From: an uncultured Gemmatimonadales bacterium
Lineage (GTDB): Bacteria > Gemmatimonadota > Gemmatimonadetes > Longimicrobiales > RSA9
DNA: 64,000 nucleotides
NCBI GenBank assembly: GCA_963708135.1
Contig: OY970192.1
Location: 3,328,001-3,392,000 of the forward strand
Reading direction: 5' to 3'
Positions within the stretch are counted from its first letter, which is position 1, and each line of letters opens with the position of its first letter. Positions 59,347 through 64,000 of this stretch are shown piece after piece. Below the pieces are notes generated by a model that saw nothing but the letters and a program-made list of their open reading frames with translations, ran no database searches and had not been told where the DNA came from. Made by a program: the position numbers and the translations under genes.

Positions 59347-62300
59347 TTGGTCCCGACCCGCCGCCGGCGAGCGGCGCCGCACGCCCTCGCCTCGACGCCC
59401 GCCGTTCGCCCGCCGTCCACGATCCGCCCGCTCGCGCCGGCCGCCCCGGTCCTCGCGCTGGCCCTCGGCCTCCTGCTCCTGCCCGCGGGCGCCCGCGCGC
59501 AGCGCCGCGGCGAGGGGCCGGATTCGACCAGCCGGCCGCTGCGCTTCGAGTTCCTTGGACCCGCGGCGGGCGGCCGCATCGCATCCGTGGCGGGGGTGCC
59601 CGGCGACCCGGACACCTACTACGCCGGCGCCGCATCGGGGGGTGTGTGGAAGACGACGGACGGCGGCCGCACGTTCGCGGCGATCTTCGACGAGGAGCCC
59701 GTCCAGGCGATCGGCGCGCTGGCGGTGGCGCCGTCGGCGCCCGCCATCGTGTGGGCGGGGACGGGGGAGGCGTGGACGATCCGGGATGCGGACGTGACGG
59801 GGGACGGCGTCTACAAGTCGGTCGATGGCGGGAGGACCTGGACCCACATGGGGCTGGAGAACGCCGGCCGCATCGGGCGGATCGTGGTGCATCCGTGGGA
59901 TCCGGACATCGTCTACGTCTGCGCGCTCGGCCGCACGACGGCGCCGCAGCAGGAGCGCGGCGTGTACCGCACGACCGATGGCGGCAGGAGCTGGCAGCGG
60001 GTGCTGTTCGTGGACGCCAATACGGGCTGCTCGGGGCTGGCCATGGAGCCGAACGACCCGCAGGTGCTCTACGCCGGCACCTGGCAGATCTCGATGCGGC
60101 CGTGGGCCGAGAAGAGCGGCGGGGCAGGCAGCGGCGTGTGGATGTCGCGCGACGGCGGCACCACCTGGAAGCGGCTCGCGGACGGGCTGCCGCACTCCCC
60201 CGTCGGCAAGGTGGACGTGGCCGTGGCGCGCTCGGACGCGAACCGCGTCTACGCCCTCATCGAGACGCCGGACCAGGGCTCGGTGTGGCGCTCGGATGAC
60301 GCGGGCGCGCACTGGAAGGTGGTGAGCTGGGACCGCACGCTGATCGGCCGGGCGGGCTACTACGTGCGGCTGGCGGTCTCGCCCACGGACGCGGACGAGC
60401 TCATCGTCGCCTCGAGCTCGCTGCACCGCTCGACCGATGGCGGCGAGACCTTCACCACCATCCGCGGCGGCTGCGGCGACTGCCACGACGTCTGGTGGGA
60501 CTCCGACAACCCGGACCACTTCGCCGTCACGGGCGACGGCGGCATGGGCATCACCACGAGCCACGGCCGGCGCTTCACCAGCGCCGCGCTGCCGATCGCG
60601 CAGATGTACCACGTGGCCGTGGACGACCGCCGCCCGTACTGGGTCTACGGCAACCGCCAGGACAATGGCACCATGCGCGGACCGAGCGACTCGCCCGAGC
60701 TGCCCGACAACGTCCCCGCGCTGAACCCGCGGCGGCGCTTCGGCAACTTGGGCGGCGGCGGCCAGAGCGACTGGCAGCACGGGCTCGGCGGCTGCGAGTC
60801 GGGCTTCACGCTGCCGGAGCCGGGCGACCCCGACATCGTCTGGGCCACCTGCTACGGCGACGAGGTCAGCCGCTGGGACGCGAAGACGCGTCTTGCCCGC
60901 TCCGTCAGCCCGTGGATGCACACCCTCGACTCGCCGCCCGACGCGCTGAAGTACCGCTGCCACTGGACGCCGCCACTGGCCATCGACCCCTTCGACCCCG
61001 GCACCGTCTACTACGGCTGCCAGGTCGTCTTCCGCACGACGGATGGCGGGCAGAGCTGGAGCGTGATCAGCCCCGACCTCTCCACGAAGGACTCGAGCCG
61101 CATCGTCTCCTCGGGCGGCCTGATCGGCGACAACCTGGGCCAGTTCTACGGCGAGGTGGTGTTCGCGATCGCGCCGTCGCCGGTGCGGAAGGGGCTCATC
61201 TGGGCCGGCACCAACGACGGCCAGGTCTGGTACACGGCCGACGCCGGGGGGCACTGGACCAATGTGACCGCCGGCCTCGAGGGCCTGCCGCCGTGGGGCA
61301 CCGTGCGCCGCATCGAGCCCTCGCCCTTCGATTCGGCCACCGCATACGTGGCCGTCGACCGGCACCTGATGGATGACCCCACGCCGTACATCTACAGGAC
61401 CACGGACCTCGGGAAGACGTGGACCCGCATCAGCGGCGGGCTGCCCGCGGACCACCCGCTCTCGTACGTGATGACCGTGGCGGAGGACCCGAACCGGCAG
61501 GGGCTGCTCTTCGCCGGCACCGGGCACGGCTTCTTCTACTCGCGCGACGACGGCGGCCACTGGACCGCGCTCCAGGACGGGCTGCCGGCGGCGCCGGTCA
61601 CGTGGATCGCGGTCGCGAAGCCGGCGCACGACGTCGTCGCCTCGACCTACGGCCGCGGGATCTACGTGCTGCGCGACGTCACGCCGCTCGAGCAGGGCGA
61701 CGTCTCCGCCCCGATCGCGGCCGCCCGCCTCTTCGCGCCCGCGCCCGCGCTGCGCCAGGCCCGCGACGGCAAGGCGTACGTCGATTTCGCCCTGCCGGCC
61801 GCGCCCGCCGCCCCCGTGAAGGTCGAGGTGCTGGACGCCGGCGGCACCCCGGTCCGGACCATGCCGCTCGTGGCCCACGACGGCCTCAACCGCGCCACCT
61901 GGGACCTCCGCTACGACCCGCCCCGGCAGGTCGAGATGCGCACGCCCGCGCCCGACAACCCGCACGTCTTCGACGAGCCCCGCTTCAAGGGGAAGGCGAC
62001 CCGGCCCGTCACCCACTGGGGCATCGAGGGCCCGCAGCGCACCGGCCCGATCGCCCCGCCGGGGCGCTACACCGTGCGGCTCACCACCCCGGGCGGCACG
62101 CTGACCGAGCCGCTCGAGGTCGTGAAGGCGCCCGCGATCGCCGCATCCGCGGAGGACCTGGCCGCCTCGACCGCCGCGCAGCTCCGCATCCGCAACGCCA
62201 TCGACACCGTGGCCGACATGGCCAACACGCTCGAGATCGTGCGCCGCCACATCCTGGACGCGCGCTCCCGCCACCGCAACGACACCGCTACCGACAGCGC

Positions 62301-62631
62301 GCTCGCCGCGCTGGACCGCCAGGCCATGGACGTGGAGCTGCGCCTGCTCTCCCGCTCCAGCATGCAGAGCGACGACAAGTGGTTCGTCGAGCCCTACGCC
62401 CTCTACCTGAACCTCGTCTGGCTGAACGCCGAGGTTGGCTCCGGCGGCGGCGACGTCTCCGGCGGCGCCGACCACGCGCCCACCGCCGCGTCGCTCGCCA
62501 TCCTGTCCGACCTCGAGCGGAAGCTGGGCGAGGCGAAGACGGCGTACCACGCGTTCATCGACACCACCCTGCCGGCGTTCAACCGGGCGATGGTGGGGAA
62601 GGTGGGGCCGATCGGGACGGCGATGAGGTAG
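59347..62631 (+). CDS. BNR/Asp-box (VPS10/sortilin-like) beta-propeller glycosyl hydrolase
   Basis: Many S/TxDGGxTW Asp-boxes, GPAAGGRI, signal peptide; TTG start after GGAGG is uncertain. Confidence 0.9.
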   Translation: MVPTRRRRAAPHALASTPAVRPPSTIRPLAPAAPVLALALGLLLLPAGARAQRRGEGPDSTSRPLRFEFLGPAAGGRIASVAGVPGDPDTYYAGAASGGVWKTTDGGRTFAAIFDEEPVQAIGALAVAPSAPAIVWAGTGEAWTIRDADVTGDGVYKSVDGGRTWTHMGLENAGRIGRIVVHPWDPDIVYVCALGRTTAPQQERGVYRTTDGGRSWQRVLFVDANTGCSGLAMEPNDPQVLYAGTWQISMRPWAEKSGGAGSGVWMSRDGGTTWKRLADGLPHSPVGKVDVAVARSDANRVYALIETPDQGSVWRSDDAGAHWKVVSWDRTLIGRAGYYVRLAVSPTDADELIVASSSLHRSTDGGETFTTIRGGCGDCHDVWWDSDNPDHFAVTGDGGMGITTSHGRRFTSAALPIAQMYHVAVDDRRPYWVYGNRQDNGTMRGPSDSPELPDNVPALNPRRRFGNLGGGGQSDWQHGLGGCESGFTLPEPGDPDIVWATCYGDEVSRWDAKTRLARSVSPWMHTLDSPPDALKYRCHWTPPLAIDPFDPGTVYYGCQVVFRTTDGGQSWSVISPDLSTKDSSRIVSSGGLIGDNLGQFYGEVVFAIAPSPVRKGLIWAGTNDGQVWYTADAGGHWTNVTAGLEGLPPWGTVRRIEPSPFDSATAYVAVDRHLMDDPTPYIYRTTDLGKTWTRISGGLPADHPLSYVMTVAEDPNRQGLLFAGTGHGFFYSRDDGGHWTALQDGLPAAPVTWIAVAKPAHDVVASTYGRGIYVLRDVTPLEQGDVSAPIAAARLFAPAPALRQARDGKAYVDFALPAAPAAPVKVEVLDAGGTPVRTMPLVAHDGLNRATWDLRYDPPRQVEMRTPAPDNPHVFDEPRFKGKATRPVTHWGIEGPQRTGPIAPPGRYTVRLTTPGGTLTEPLEVVKAPAIAASAEDLAASTAAQLRIRNAIDTVADMANTLEIVRRHILDARSRHRNDTATDSALAALDRQAMDVELRLLSRSSMQSDDKWFVEPYALYLNLVWLNAEVGSGGGDVSGGADHAPTAASLAILSDLERKLGEAKTAYHAFIDTTLPAFNRAMVGKVGPIGTAMR

Positions 62632-62658
62632 GGGGGGGCCGAGCTCGCCGGCGAGGCA

Positions 62659-62696
62659 TGGTTGTGGTTGTGGTTTTGGTTTTGGTTTTGGTTGTG
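62659..62696 (+). repeat. (TGGTTK)n tract, left flank of the four-helix-bundle gene
   Basis: Six TGGTTG/TGGTTT units. Confidence 0.9.
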
Positions 62697-62749
62697 CGCG
62701 GCCGGGACTGCTATGGGCGCGCCCGGGCGCGAGGGATATGCTCGGGGGT

Positions 62750-63124
62750 ATGGAGAGCTACGATTTCGAGGGGCTGGAGGCGTTCAGGGTCGCACTGGAG
62801 GTTGCGGTTCTCGGGGACGAGGCCTTCGCGCGGCTCCGTTCCGTTCGGCCGCACCTGGCCCACCAGATCGGGCGCTGCAGTCTCTCGGCCATGCTGAACA
62901 CGGCGGAAGCGACCGGTCGCAGAACACCCGCCGACCAGGCACACTTCTATTCCATCGCACGCGGCTCCGGCGCGGAAACCGCAGCCGCGTTCCTCTTCTG
63001 CGAGCGTCGCCGGCTGCTCCCCAGCGAGATGACGTCCCGGGCCCGAGAGCTGCTCCTGCCATTGCTCAAGATGCAATCCCGACTCGCCCGGCCCCGTCCT
63101 CCGTCCACCGGCCCACGCCCCTGA
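62750..63124 (+). CDS. Four-helix-bundle protein (23S rRNA IVP / bAvd-like family)
   Basis: FEGLEAF, LAHQI.R.S.S..LN.AE..GR, FYSIARGS.AE signature. Confidence 0.85.
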   Translation: MESYDFEGLEAFRVALEVAVLGDEAFARLRSVRPHLAHQIGRCSLSAMLNTAEATGRRTPADQAHFYSIARGSGAETAAAFLFCERRRLLPSEMTSRARELLLPLLKMQSRLARPRPPSTGPRP

Positions 63125-63211
63125 ACCCAAACCCAAACCCAAACCCAAACCCAAACCCAAACCCAAACCCAAACCAAAACCAAACCAAGACCCAAACCAA
63201 AACCAATAACC
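63124..63211 (+). repeat. (AACCCA)8 plus degenerate (AACCAA)n tract, right flank
   Basis: Eight consecutive CCC-containing hexamers, then degenerate units; complementary in type to the left tract. Confidence 0.95.
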
Positions 63212-63279
63212 GGATTCGCCCCTGACCCCCCGTCCGTCCCGAAGGACCCGCGGGACAAGGACCCCCGCGGCGCCCCCCG

Positions 63280-63322
63280 TTGACGCAGGCGTCCATAGGT
63301 GTAAGATTGGTGTAGAGGTGTA
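63280..63322 (+). promoter_or_regulatory. Putative vapBC promoter with GGTGTA direct repeats
   Basis: TTGACG-16 bp-TAAGAT; GGTGTA at 63298, 63309 and 63317. Confidence 0.5.
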
Positions 63323-63325
63323 ACC

Positions 63326-63598
63326 ATGGCACTGAACATAAAGAACCCGGAGGTGGAGCGGCTCGCGGCCGAGCTCGCTCGCCTCACCGGAGAGACGAAG
63401 ACCGAAGCGATCCGCCGGGCGCTGAACGAACGGTATGCGCGCGTGCGGAGCCGGGTCACGGACGCGGGTCGGCGGGAGCGCGTGCTGCGTTTCCTGGAGA
63501 CGGAGGTCTGGGCGCGTGTGCCGCCGGACCAGCTCGGCCGCGCCCCGGACAAGGCGGAGCGGGAGGCGATCCTCGGCTACGGCCCCGAGGGCGTGTGA
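63326..63598 (+). CDS. vapB: Type II TA antitoxin (VapB, Rv0623-like)
   Basis: MALNIKNPEVERLAAELARLTGETKTEAIRRAL; ILGY tail. Confidence 0.92.
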   Translation: MALNIKNPEVERLAAELARLTGETKTEAIRRALNERYARVRSRVTDAGRRERVLRFLETEVWARVPPDQLGRAPDKAEREAILGYGPEGV

Positions 63599-63981
63599 TC
63601 GTCGATTCCTCCGCGCTCCTGGCCGTCATCTTCCGCGAGCCCGGCTATCAGGAGCTCATCAACCGCGTGGAGGCAGCAGACGCGGTCACCGCCGGAGCGC
63701 CGACGCTGGCCGAGACCGGCATCGTGCTCCATTCCCGACTGGGCGAGGCGTCCCGCGGATTGCTGGAGCGGGTGCTGGACGAGCTCGGCATCCAGGAGAT
63801 CCCCTTCGGCGAGATCCACTGGCGGGAAGCCGTCGAGGGCTTCCGCCGCTTCGGGAAGGGCCACCACCCCGCCGCGCTCAACTTCGGCGACTGCCTGACC
63901 TACGCCGCGGCCCGCCTCTCGGGGGAGCCGTTGCTGTTCGTGGGGAAGGATTTCTCGAAGACTGACCTCGAGGCGGCCTGA
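63595..63981 (+). CDS. vapC: Type II TA PIN-domain toxin
   Basis: MIVDSSAL, FGKGHHPAALNFGDC, LLFVGKDF; GTGA overlap with vapB. Confidence 0.95.
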   Translation: MIVDSSALLAVIFREPGYQELINRVEAADAVTAGAPTLAETGIVLHSRLGEASRGLLERVLDELGIQEIPFGEIHWREAVEGFRRFGKGHHPAALNFGDCLTYAAARLSGEPLLFVGKDFSKTDLEAA

Positions 63982-64000
63982 CCTTCCGGGGCGGCGACTG

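Noticed and set aside
62750..63124. Diversity-generating retroelement implied by the bAvd-like fold, with the 23860-23989 duplication as a TR/VR pair
   Set aside because: There is no reverse transcriptase in the window and the mismatches are not adenine-specific.

Overview
Very GC-rich bacterial chromosomal window; the gene repertoire suggests Gemmatimonadota (inference, not verified). The backbone holds secreted peptidases (M28, S13/DacB, EcxA-like, M1, M14), beta-barrels, an SBP-MCP pair, lhr-tauD, an acyl-CoA dehydrogenase, a BNR/VPS10 hydrolase, vapBC and a compact tRNA-Arg(ACG)-rnpB-tRNA-Arg(CCG) operon. A mosaic accessory block (~30.1-42.6 kb) carries a PLD-family protein, a higB remnant, a type I RM system plus YgjP-like protease and lower-GC genes. 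The most unusual signals are: (1) six dispersed 179-bp elements in two sequence families that share one geometry (three 56/57/56-bp inverted-repeat units, 61/62-bp period, no length change between copies), one lying upstream of an AbiEi-HTH/DUF559 nuclease gene; (2) a DyP-peroxidase/cytochrome P450 fusion operon with two single-base frameshifts at the same octamer; (3) an orphan, degenerate 61-bp-period CRISPR-like array; (4) a four-helix-bundle gene bracketed by inverted microsatellites; (5) an intergenic chimera of copied tauD and lhr fragments. Family calls come from motif recognition by eye; no searches were run.
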